Source: a virus. Taken from it: a stretch of 64,000 nt of DNA. Made by a program: the position numbers and the translations under genes. The stretch is taken from positions 70,552-134,551 of the IMG/VR virus record IMGVR_UViG_3300045988_148900. The stretch is one strand, 5' to 3'. The notes below the pieces were generated by a model. It worked only from the letters and a program-made list of their open reading frames with translations. It made no database searches and was not told the DNA's origin. This document shows, piece after piece, positions 44,286 through 53,700 of this stretch. Each line of letters opens with the position of its first letter. Within the stretch, counting starts at the first letter, position 1.

Positions 44286-45548
44286 AGGTGATTATATACA
44301 ATTCTACACTGCATATATTGGCGTTTCACCGACTTCGTAACCTCCGTCTCCACGCCCCTCAAACCGCCCCACCGACGGCAGTATCTCCACTAAACCCGCA
44401 CGCAAAATGTTGATGGCGGCATTTAAGTCACGGTCGTGGACCGTACCACATTGTGGACACGTCCAAGATCGGTCCTTAAGTGTAAGACCATCGTTCTTAT
44501 AACCGCAACAACCACAAGTCTTGCTGCTCGGGAAGAAACGGTCGATCTTTAAAACCGTCTTACCAAGCCACCGCGCCTTGTAATCCAAGACACGAACAAA
44601 CTCGGACCAACAAATGTTTTGAATGGATTTAGCCAAACTGTGATTACCCATCATACCCTTAACATTCAAGTCCTCGATAAACACGGCTTGGTTCTCACCC
44701 AGTATCGAGTTGACTGTATGATGGATAAAGTTATTAATCAAATTACGTTTCTTAGCATATAACTTATTGATTTTAAGTCTTATCTCCGCACGGCGTCTAC
44801 TGCCTTTCTGGCGGCGGGACTCGATCTTCTGCAGACGCGATATGCGGCGATCTATAACATCCGCGAAACGCGGATTAGGTATCTTACGTCCATCGGATGT
44901 AACTATGAAGTCCTTCAACCCCAAGTCAAGACCAACGCACTTAGACTGGCTTGTGATAGGCGCGGGTTTAAGCTCAAGAACACCCGTCTCCACAAGACAA
45001 CTAACCCAATAACGTCCGCAACCATCGCAGCTCACCGTGATGTTACGTAACTGCCCTTTGAACCGACGATCTTGCTTATATTTAATCAAACCGATTTTCG
45101 GCAATTTAATGTGACGCGTTTCTTGGTCTACAGAGCAGAAGGGAACCGAAAATCTACACGATAATTTACTACGATGTTTGGACTTAAACTTTGGGTAACC
45201 CTGCTTGATCTTAAAGAATTGCTGATAAGCACTATCCATGTCATAGACTGCCTGCGGCAGACATACATGCGGAACAACACGCAACCACTCATGCTCTTCC
45301 TTAAGACCTGTAATTAACTTGATGCAGTCGAACTTAGACAACGTCGTCTTATCCGCCTCATATGCCTTTATCTTAGCAGCAAGTGTGGCGTTATAAATGA
45401 ACCGACAACAATCGAACGACTGACGCAACATCGCCTCCTGCGTCTTGTTCGGATAAAGTCGGTATTTATAGGCACGCTTCATGATGCTAATATAGTTGTT
45501 TATTTACGTCTATGCAAGCTGTTAGTGCAAAATTGTATGTAATCACCT
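44286..45548 (-). mobile_element. 1263-bp tnpB-only insertion element, copy B, with TIRs and 6-bp TSD
   Basis: Left end identical to copy A; TIRs 44286-44312 and 45522-45548 (22/27); direct repeats ACATGT at 44280-44285 and 45549-45554. Confidence 0.85.
44304..45482 (-). CDS. tnpB: TnpB (IS605 OrfB-family RNA-guided nuclease)
   Basis: 392 aa, collinear with copy A with many substitutions; all RuvC and zinc-ribbon motifs intact. Confidence 0.93.
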   Translation of the reverse strand: MKRAYKYRLYPNKTQEAMLRQSFDCCRFIYNATLAAKIKAYEADKTTLSKFDCIKLITGLKEEHEWLRVVPHVCLPQAVYDMDSAYQQFFKIKQGYPKFKSKHRSKLSCRFSVPFCSVDQETRHIKLPKIGLIKYKQDRRFKGQLRNITVSCDGCGRYWVSCLVETGVLELKPAPITSQSKCVGLDLGLKDFIVTSDGRKIPNPRFADVIDRRISRLQKIESRRQKGSRRRAEIRLKINKLYAKKRNLINNFIHHTVNSILGENQAVFIEDLNVKGMMGNHSLAKSIQNICWSEFVRVLDYKARWLGKTVLKIDRFFPSSKTCGCCGYKNDGLTLKDRSWTCPQCGTVHDRDLNAAINILRAGLVEILPSVGRFEGRGDGGYEVGETPIYAV

Positions 45549-45792
45549 ACATGTATTTCTGCTCCCAAGCTTCAAGAGCTGATTCTAACTCAGGAGGAAT
45601 TAATTCTGAACGATCGATATCCCTAATCGTAGTCAGAAAAGACTCAATGCTACTAACCAAAGGACGAGTATCTGTCAACAACTGAGCCTCAGCAAGATCA
45701 ACAGCCTTCAAGCAATCGAATCTGTCAAACTTGCCAGAAGTATGCAGAAGAATAAACTCCTCAGCATCTGAACTATAAGGACGACGTTTCAT
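45547..45792 (-). CDS. hypothetical protein (stop codon rebuilt by the element end)
   Basis: Ends ..EQKYM then TAG, made of T from the target duplication plus AG from the TIR. Confidence 0.5.
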   Translation of the reverse strand: MKRRPYSSDAEEFILLHTSGKFDRFDCLKAVDLAEAQLLTDTRPLVSSIESFLTTIRDIDRSELIPPELESALEAWEQKYM

Positions 45793-46606
45793 CGGAGACT
45801 ACCATGAAGTATTTACCCAACTTGTTCTTGGAGATGAAAGCCTGAAAGGCCGGATCATCATCCTCTACATCCGGAACCTCAAAAACATAATCAAAGAAGG
45901 TCTTCACCTCCGGCTCCAAGCCTGAACGCATTTTTATATAGGCTCGTAAACTCTTCCGAAACTCAGCAGGCTCCGTGTTCCGTAACTGAGAAACAACCTC
46001 AAAGCACTTCTTAGCTACTCGAGCATCCGACCATACGGTAAGGTCGGAATCCAAGGAAGCATCCTGAACAGAATACAAAGCCATCCGAAGAAGAGTGGAA
46101 TCCCCATGAGCCTCTTCCATAGCATCAATAGACAACTTACGACCATCGGCACTATAACCCTTAACACCACCACGAATACCATCAAGAAGCCGATTCTTAA
46201 CGCACCCACGGACATAAGTCTCAAAAGATACATGTGTCGAATTGGCATACCGATCGATCAATGTCATATACGGAATGCCGTCGGCTGCTGCTTTGGCATA
46301 GTCACCATCAAAATAGTACTTCTTGCCGTTATAACGACACTTAGGCTGTAAGTACTGCTGGTAGAAGATGTAGACCAAATCGGACCAGTCTCCACCAAAG
46401 GTAGGCCAGAAACGATGGATGTCCATCTCGATAGCATCCTGAATGAGCTTAAACATGTAGGCCCGAAGGTCCTCTAAAGACATGTCGTAGCTGCCAATGC
46501 CACGACGACCTAAGCAATGAACCCAGATATTCTTCTCGGTATACCCTAAGCCCATCAACTCAACCTCCGTATGACCACGGAGAAACTGATACGATTCCTG
46601 ATTCAT
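45773..46606 (-). CDS. hypothetical protein, possibly a second sigma-70-like factor
   Basis: SFETYVRGCVKNRLLDGIRG resembles sigma region 2.3-2.4 (F.TY....I.N...D..R). Weak. Confidence 0.3.
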   Translation of the reverse strand: MNQESYQFLRGHTEVELMGLGYTEKNIWVHCLGRRGIGSYDMSLEDLRAYMFKLIQDAIEMDIHRFWPTFGGDWSDLVYIFYQQYLQPKCRYNGKKYYFDGDYAKAAADGIPYMTLIDRYANSTHVSFETYVRGCVKNRLLDGIRGGVKGYSADGRKLSIDAMEEAHGDSTLLRMALYSVQDASLDSDLTVWSDARVAKKCFEVVSQLRNTEPAEFRKSLRAYIKMRSGLEPEVKTFFDYVFEVPDVEDDDPAFQAFISKNKLGKYFMVVSDETSSL

Positions 46607-46696
46607 GTTGTGTAGTATAGAGCTGCCAGCAACATCGCCGACAGCACCACAAAACTACAAAATAGAATTCAAAAAAACAAAGAAAAGTTGCTAAAA

Positions 46697-47863
46697 CTAT
46701 GACACTTTCTTCTTAGAACCGCCGAGAGGCAAGCTAAACACCTTCGATAAGTCTCCCGTAACTGACAACTCGTCAAGAACATTCATGACATCAGCAGGAA
46801 TGCCAAAAAAGTCGCAAACATCTAAAGAGCCAAAGAAATCGCCCGAAACATCCTCCTCGACAAACTCGACGGACGAAAAAACCGACGACGGCCAATCGTC
46901 AAAGATCAAATCAAACCTATCGCTCTCTACGGACTCCCGAATAAAAGCATCTGGAGAAACACGACAGGTGCGTAAGGAGCACACAGGAACACCCTCCATA
47001 AGACCTACAATAAGACCATCTAAAATGTAAGCCAACGTGTCCTTAAAGAACATCTTAAAGGCATCCGGGAAAACCAAACGACGAACATTAGCAGGCAAAC
47101 CACAACGCAAGGCATTCACGAACTTCATAGTATACTCCCGGATGAGATCCACAACACCTATGAAAAGCGTAGAACATGGCCACTCGGACTGGATAGTATA
47201 CGCCAAAGGAGAACCCGGAGTCTGAGTTAAAGAAACACCATCCAAAGCACGACAAAGAGTCTTCATGACCCACACCTCCCACTCAGACGACACTACACCA
47301 ACATGGGAATGTGTGCCCCTATCAAAAATACCTCGAAGCAAATCATTCGAAACGTCAATGCCAAGCTGGAATCCAAAGTCATACGGATGAACGACACTTA
47401 AATTAAGGCTCCCTAACAGGCAATCAATAATATCACTGGCATGTACCCCATAAAGAAACGACGTCTGCAACTTAGCATGCTTAGTAGTGTCACCATACAA
47501 AACTAAGTTCTCAAGAAGAGCCTTGAAGCCCTCAACTGAATCAATACGACCATCACCAAAAAGAACCGAAAAGATGACATTATGAGTAGCCGTAAACATT
47601 ACCACCCAAGTACCACGATCCGGATAATCATCAGACGGATCAGGAGTGAAAAAGCCTATACTCCCAGCAGATAAGTACCGAAACGCCCGAACCCCATCGA
47701 CATCTGCCTCGAAATAATCCATAACAGAACTGTTCAACCCATCAGAATGAGCGATAAACCAGTCGGAAACCTTCTTCATCTGAGCCTGAACAGAATCTAA
47801 GGTGAAGTCCTCCTTAAACAGAAAGCAACACCCGTCCACCGGACGACTTGCAAGATCACTCAT
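46697..47863 (-). CDS. hypothetical protein
   Basis: ATG at 47863 gives the usual ATGAGTGA-type overlap with the upstream stop; the longer track start is unlikely. Confidence 0.55.
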   Translation of the reverse strand: MSDLASRPVDGCCFLFKEDFTLDSVQAQMKKVSDWFIAHSDGLNSSVMDYFEADVDGVRAFRYLSAGSIGFFTPDPSDDYPDRGTWVVMFTATHNVIFSVLFGDGRIDSVEGFKALLENLVLYGDTTKHAKLQTSFLYGVHASDIIDCLLGSLNLSVVHPYDFGFQLGIDVSNDLLRGIFDRGTHSHVGVVSSEWEVWVMKTLCRALDGVSLTQTPGSPLAYTIQSEWPCSTLFIGVVDLIREYTMKFVNALRCGLPANVRRLVFPDAFKMFFKDTLAYILDGLIVGLMEGVPVCSLRTCRVSPDAFIRESVESDRFDLIFDDWPSSVFSSVEFVEEDVSGDFFGSLDVCDFFGIPADVMNVLDELSVTGDLSKVFSLPLGGSKKKVS

Positions 47864-48785
47864 TAGACGGCAAGAAATTAAGAACAACAGGCGACAACGA
47901 GTTACCCCACTCCACGGACGTAGACCGAAGATGAACCAATAATGACTCCACAAAAGCATCCGTGAACTTCGACATAGTACTTTCGAGAGTATAAAGAGTA
48001 TGTGCCTCAAAAGCCTTATCGAAACGACGATAAACAGACTCGTACATCAAACGCAAAAAACGAAGCATCATCATAACCTCCTCCGGATGAGTGTCAAGCC
48101 GCAACTCAGAGTAAGTGCTATAAAACAAAGGACAAACCTTCTCCATGAAAAAGTCTAACCCCTCCAAAGACGACGAACCAGCATCCATAGGAACTCTAAA
48201 GGTAGACATCAGACCAAAGAAATTAACCATCGAGAGCACACTGAAATACTCAGCGCATACCTCTGCGCATACCACAGCATTGGCATTGGCCAATGCAGGA
48301 ATACACACATCCGGAGCAGCAGTAGCCTCAAGATTTATATTCCTGAAAACCCTACTCGTCCTGCCTCGCAAACGAGAACGGTAAACATCCTCCTGATGGC
48401 CCATGATATCACGATAAGAACCCCCGGAAACCCACCGCCGAAGCGTATGAAGATATTTCAAAGGCTCAGAACCCGAATGATGGAACTCAAAAATAAAGTA
48501 ACCCCTATTGCACTTCAGTAAAACACGCCAAAAAACAAACTCAGACGATTCCGGCGAGCTAAGCGTATACTTCCGAGCCCAGATGCCCTCTTGAGGTAAA
48601 CAGACAAAATTACCCACATGTAAGCCCGCAATGGGCATGGAATCCTCACTGCAATTAGCCGCCTCCCACCGAAGAACATCGAGCATCTCTGCAATAATAA
48701 CATCCCGAGAAGTCGATAAGTCCCAACGACGATAAATATCACACCTAAAAGGATATGATCCTAAAACCTCTTCGCACATGACCAT
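47856..48785 (-). CDS. hypothetical protein
   Basis: 309-codon ATG ORF. Confidence 0.55.
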   Translation of the reverse strand: MVMCEEVLGSYPFRCDIYRRWDLSTSRDVIIAEMLDVLRWEAANCSEDSMPIAGLHVGNFVCLPQEGIWARKYTLSSPESSEFVFWRVLLKCNRGYFIFEFHHSGSEPLKYLHTLRRWVSGGSYRDIMGHQEDVYRSRLRGRTSRVFRNINLEATAAPDVCIPALANANAVVCAEVCAEYFSVLSMVNFFGLMSTFRVPMDAGSSSLEGLDFFMEKVCPLFYSTYSELRLDTHPEEVMMMLRFLRLMYESVYRRFDKAFEAHTLYTLESTMSKFTDAFVESLLVHLRSTSVEWGNSLSPVVLNFLPSNE

Positions 48786-48802
48786 TAAAAATGATTGTTA
48801 AA

Positions 48803-49021
48803 TTAATCGTCGGCGCATAAAGCCTTGCCGCGACGACCTCGGTGGTATCCACGTAAAGAAGCAAGCTCCTCAAGACGAGAACAACGCTCGCGAACAGAGG
48901 CAAGATACAAACCCAACTCCTCAGCAGTCATGAAAAAAGTGTAATTATCGCTCTTAGTCCAAATACTCTGCGCCATAGACTCTGCAATACCCGGAGCCTC
49001 CCTCTCTGCACCAAAACTCAT
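48803..49021 (-). CDS. hypothetical small protein
   Basis: ATG at 49021 (track TTG at 49027). Confidence 0.4.
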   Translation of the reverse strand: MSFGAEREAPGIAESMAQSIWTKSDNYTFFMTAEELGLYLASVRERCSRLEELASLRGYHRGRRGKALCADD

Positions 49022-49030
49022 AAACAACTC

Positions 49031-49612
49031 CTAAAAGTTAACACCCACATTAAGAGTCCAAGCATACTTATCATCGAACCGAATGCCTCCCAGACCCACC
49101 TTATACTTCTGCCGGAAATCCAAGCCCACAAAGCCTGTCTGTGTCCGGAAATCCAAACTCGTGCCCACCATAACCCACGGCGTAAGCAACCGAGGCTTGG
49201 AAACAACCTCACGGACAGTCATAACCTCCTTAAATAAAGGAACAATGTCTGCCGACGCTGCCTGAATCTCATTCTCGGAAACAACACACCGAACCTTAAA
49301 AGTCCCCGTCGTATCTGTACTGAAGTCCAACTCATAATGATATCGAGCAAAGTACTTCGACAAGACGGCAACGGTGTCAACCGGAACATAGACGGGAACA
49401 CCAACCGTATCAACCCGCAAAGGACTGCCCTTATCAATGAAAACCGGAGTCGGCTTGTCGAAAGTAATCTTCACAGGAACACCCGGAAGATACTTCACGA
49501 CCGTAGACTCCGTAACACTTACTGAACGAACCCCAAGATAGTAACCACTACCAAAAAGTAGGGCTAAACCCAGAAGCACGCAGACAAACTCCCATATATT
49601 ACTACGTTTCAT
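49031..49612 (-). CDS. secreted/outer-membrane beta-barrel-like protein
   Basis: N-terminal signal/anchor WEFVCVLLGLALLFG; alternating beta pattern and C-terminal ..WTLNVGVNF with terminal Phe, as in OMPs. Confidence 0.3.
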   Translation of the reverse strand: MKRSNIWEFVCVLLGLALLFGSGYYLGVRSVSVTESTVVKYLPGVPVKITFDKPTPVFIDKGSPLRVDTVGVPVYVPVDTVAVLSKYFARYHYELDFSTDTTGTFKVRCVVSENEIQAASADIVPLFKEVMTVREVVSKPRLLTPWVMVGTSLDFRTQTGFVGLDFRQKYKVGLGGIRFDDKYAWTLNVGVNF

Positions 49613-49643
49613 GTAGTAAGTAAACGTAAACTACAACACTAAA

Positions 49644-49886
49644 TTACACCATCAACCTCAAACCACCCTCTGTCATACCTAAAGCGTACTCTCTGGCTTC
49701 GATATCAGATAACCCAGAAGCAATAGCAGAATCAAACCACCCCCAGAAATACTCCTGAATTTCAGGACTCCAAGACATAATACACTTATCAATACAATCC
49801 ATATACATGAGATTAAAAACAAGACCCGAAACTCCCAAGACAGAAGAATCAGGTCCTGAATAATATGACAATAAAAGGCTACTCAA
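49644..49886 (-). CDS. hypothetical small protein
   Basis: TTG start overlapping the upstream stop; no nearby ATG. Confidence 0.3.
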   Translation of the reverse strand: MSSLLLSYYSGPDSSVLGVSGLVFNLMYMDCIDKCIMSWSPEIQEYFWGWFDSAIASGLSDIEAREYALGMTEGGLRLMV

Positions 49887-50418
49887 AAGTCATAACCAAA
49901 GGCTCCGGATACCCAACAGTAAAATTATAAGATTGAACCGCCGTGACATCCTTCAAAGCCTTGATGGTTATCTCATGCTTACGAGTAACACCGTAAGTGG
50001 CCATAGCATACGCCTCCAGCTTAGACAGGAAGTCTTTAAGCTGAACACACGTAAGTATGACTTGAGAACCATCGAAGCCATAGAGTGTAAACTCAACATC
50101 ATCAGCTGAGTCCTGAGCCTGCAGCCGGAACAAAGACCGAGACGACTTACCAAGCCAAAGATTAACCCCATTAACACTACAAGTGTTTACCTCCTCGCTA
50201 CTATCATAAGCATAGAGACCCGCAAGGGCTACCGCCTTTGCATCCTCTAAGATAATTACCGGATCACGAAGAACAGGACGACCATCCTCATCCTCTACAA
50301 TCTCCTTACCTTTAGACTGACCATCCAACAGCGACTGCCACTCCTCATCCGTAAGCTCTATGCCATTTTTAATCTTGACGTCGTAAAAACCACCGTCGCC
50401 TTTCTTCCACCACATCAT
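49879..50418 (-). CDS. DUF4376-like protein (tail-fibre-associated)
   Basis: ..VNGVNLWLGKSSRSLF....LEAYAMATYGVTRKHE..L..V..YNFTVGYPE matches my recollection of the DUF4376 pattern next to fibre genes. Confidence 0.35.
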   Translation of the reverse strand: MMWWKKGDGGFYDVKIKNGIELTDEEWQSLLDGQSKGKEIVEDEDGRPVLRDPVIILEDAKAVALAGLYAYDSSEEVNTCSVNGVNLWLGKSSRSLFRLQAQDSADDVEFTLYGFDGSQVILTCVQLKDFLSKLEAYAMATYGVTRKHEITIKALKDVTAVQSYNFTVGYPEPLVMTFE

Positions 50419-50457
50419 AACTATGTAAATTTTTTAACAATCACCCTGTATTAACGT

Positions 50458-50676
50458 CTATGCTATTCCTAACTTCGTCTTCAGCTGAGCAATAAAGTCT
50501 ACATCCTCAAGCAACTCGTCAGCCGACTTTACCCCGATATTTGTACGAGCCTGTTGCTTTTGAACATCTGTTAGATCTTGACTTACATTATATCTTACAG
50601 AATCAAAATGCAAGTCTGTGGCACTAACAGCTGTGAACTGTTTAGTACTTATATTATAGGAAAATTGACTAACCAA
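50458..50676 (-). CDS. orphan tail-fibre module without ATG, out of frame with the fibre gene
   Basis: Contains the fibre module signature VRYNVSQDLTDVQKQQARTNIGV; only a TTG start; becomes in frame if one ATAAT unit at 50702-50719 is lost. Confidence 0.4.
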   Translation of the reverse strand: MVSQFSYNISTKQFTAVSATDLHFDSVRYNVSQDLTDVQKQQARTNIGVKSADELLEDVDFIAQLKTKLGIA

Positions 50677-50701
50677 ACTAACACCACTCCAAGCATTAAA
50701 G

Positions 50702-50719
50702 TATATTATATTATATTAT
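50702..50719. repeat. pentanucleotide microsatellite (ATAAT)x3.6 spanning the tail-fibre stop codon
   Basis: Minus strand reads TCTAAT-AATAT-AATAT-AATAT-ACTTT; the TAA stop lies inside it. Confidence 0.8.
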
Positions 50720-53700
50720 TAGAATAGACTGATTTAAGAAATACAGAAGCTTTTGAATAACTCTCAGGAGTATTGGTTAAAACTATACCATTGGCATTCT
50801 CAACAACGGCAGCCGTAGAATCATCCAAAATCGTACCCAGTAAAGAATAATCTACCTGTACGAAGTCTAAACCTATATTAGATAAGACCGTATTTTTTTG
50901 AGTATCAGTAAGATTCTGACCTTCACTATACCTTACAACATCAGTAGCATAACCAGCCGAAATCAAAGAAAGTTTTTTGCTGGTATGAGATAAAGTCAGA
51001 ACAAACCAAACTCTTGCGTTAAACTCGCTGACAAAAGTAGTAGTAACAGTATTAGAACTACCCACAAAATACAAAGATGGCGCATTATTTCCATCCGGGA
51101 CGTTCTCTAAAAACACACCTTTAGCGGTCAGTAACTTATTATAAGTACTATCATCCAACGTAGAGCCAATCAGTGAATAGTCTACGTGCACCAAAGGAAG
51201 CCCGATATTAGACAGGGCCATGTCTTTTTGAGTATTGGTTAGATTCTGATTCAAATTACTTACTACTAACTTTGATGTCTGAACTAAGCTAAGTGTCTTA
51301 TTCGGAATGTTCAAAACAAAATAATTTATATCCTGAAAATTCTCGATAGAAGAAAAAGTAATAGTACTGACTAATTTTGACCCAACAGTAAATACTACTG
51401 AGCGTATGTAATCATCAGGAGTATTAGTCAAGATAATCCCTTTGGCATTTACAAGCTGAGACAGTCTATCGTCGGATAAAGTAGTCGCTAATTCAGAGTA
51501 ATCTACAATGACAAAATCAAGACCTATATTAGACAAAGCCGTATCCTGCTGCGATGTGGTTAAATTCTGAACCTCGGCGTATCTTACCGAACCTCCATAA
51601 GTTAAACCGGAACTTAGACCTGACAATAATTTTGTAGACTTGTTAAGTGCGAATATAGAATACGTATTTCCCGTAACAAAGCTTACGAAGATACAAGACC
51701 CAGATGTATTATTGCCTTTAATGAAAACCGTCGGATTCCTGTAATCGGATGGTGTATCAACTAAAACAATACCTCGGGCATTATCAACAACTGCAAGCAT
51801 CTCGTCCGACAGTGTAGTACCCAAAAGAGAGTACGGAATTCTAACAAGATCAATACCTATGTTGCCCAAGGCTTTATTCTTATTATCATCAGAAACACTA
51901 CTCTGATCACGATCAAAAGAAACCGCACTCGGATCGTATAAGTATGCGAAACTCGAAGTAATAACCCCGGTCGCCTCATTGACATTCAAAGCCGTACAGA
52001 AACTGTTGCTGAACTGTCCGTAAAAACGACGGCTACCACCTGACGTGATAGAAAAATTATAGAGTAAGCCTGTCTCCTGCACCAATAAGGCGGTGGCCGA
52101 AAGACGTGCGGCTTTCTCATCGTCCGAAACAGCATCCGAGGAACCAATAGCAGACTCCGAGATCACATGAACCTTCCAACCTAAATTCTCGAACGCCTGT
52201 GATTGTTGTGCACCCGACAAAGAAGTAAGACGATCAAACCTGAGGGCTCCTGGATCATTTAAAAACAAATTACCATTAAAAACAAATGTTTTCGACGCCT
52301 TCTTATAGGAACAATATAAAGCCAAAGTATTAGACCACAGGCTATAAAAAATAGGCTCGGGTACACTCGCAAAATTGGAAGATGTGAAAATATGATTATC
52401 TGCATTATATATACCCACGCCAGTATTAGTACCATCAACAGTCAGTAAAACAGCAGCTCCTGCCAGTAACTTAGCATCCTCCTCATCCGTGAGAACGACA
52501 GACGTTGCACCCTCCGGGAATTTTAATACAACCAAGTCTAAACCTAAGTTTGACCAAGCCTGCTCCTGCTGCGCACTCGTCAAAGCTGGATTTTGGACGG
52601 TAAAATGCAAGCTCAAAGCATCTTGAAAATTGTAGCTATTAAGAGCAGACACCACGCCCGTAGATCGTGTAATAGATAGTATCGCAATAATAGAATTAGA
52701 CACAGAACGAGTGAAAGTAATCCTATTCGAATCTAAAGTCCCCAATAAAAACAAATCCCCCGTATCAGTAAACAGAAGAACCTTAGAAGCAGCTACCTGT
52801 TCTATTTCCTCCGCCGATAAAGTAGACCCTAAAAAGCTACTATCCGTAACATAGACCTTCATGCCTAAGTTGGCAAACGCCTGTGCCTGTTCAGTAGCAG
52901 ACAGAGTCTGCATTTTTATAGATACCGCATTAGGATCTATGAAACTTGCCGAAGTAAGAAAACGAAATAGTTTAGTGGACTTAGTGTAAATACACTGTAA
53001 AATATATCTGTTGTTTCTTACTGCCCAAAAACTTACTTGATCCCCTCCTTGATAGTCACTAAAATATATTTTAGTAAGTACCTCTTTGCCCGCAGCTACC
53101 GTGCCACGCAAGATAACTCCTTTACACGACAACAATCTATCCTCCTGATCATCGGTAAGTGTCGCCTGACCATTGACAAGATCGATAATCATCAGGTCAG
53201 CACCTATATTTTCCAATGCTTGATTCTGAGCCGAAAGACTCAAAGACTGGGCAATATCCGTCCTAACCACCTTCGAGGCAAAATCAGCAGACGTGACATG
53301 ATCATTGATGCGCGCCTGAAGATCAACAGAAAGACAATCCCAGTCAATGGAATTCTTAAGAACCGTGGCATGGATGACATTATTCTCGTCTATAGAAATC
53401 TGAATCCGATCGCCAATAGAACCAACATATTCCTTGACAAAGGCACTAACCGGAATACTCGTGGTAGTACCATCAGCATTATCAAACTCAATGCTCTCGG
53501 TCTCTGCGTTATAACGTAAGGCCAGCTGCTCGATAGGCAAGTCAATCTCTACAGACGCACCAGCAAGAGTCGTGAACGTAATCTTATAAGACGACGAATC
53601 GTAAGCCGGAAGACCTACACAAGTATTAAGCAACTCGCGAATGTCAGCATGAGAAGTAGACGACGTATTATGAATAGATATGCTCTCCGTAACAGACTCC

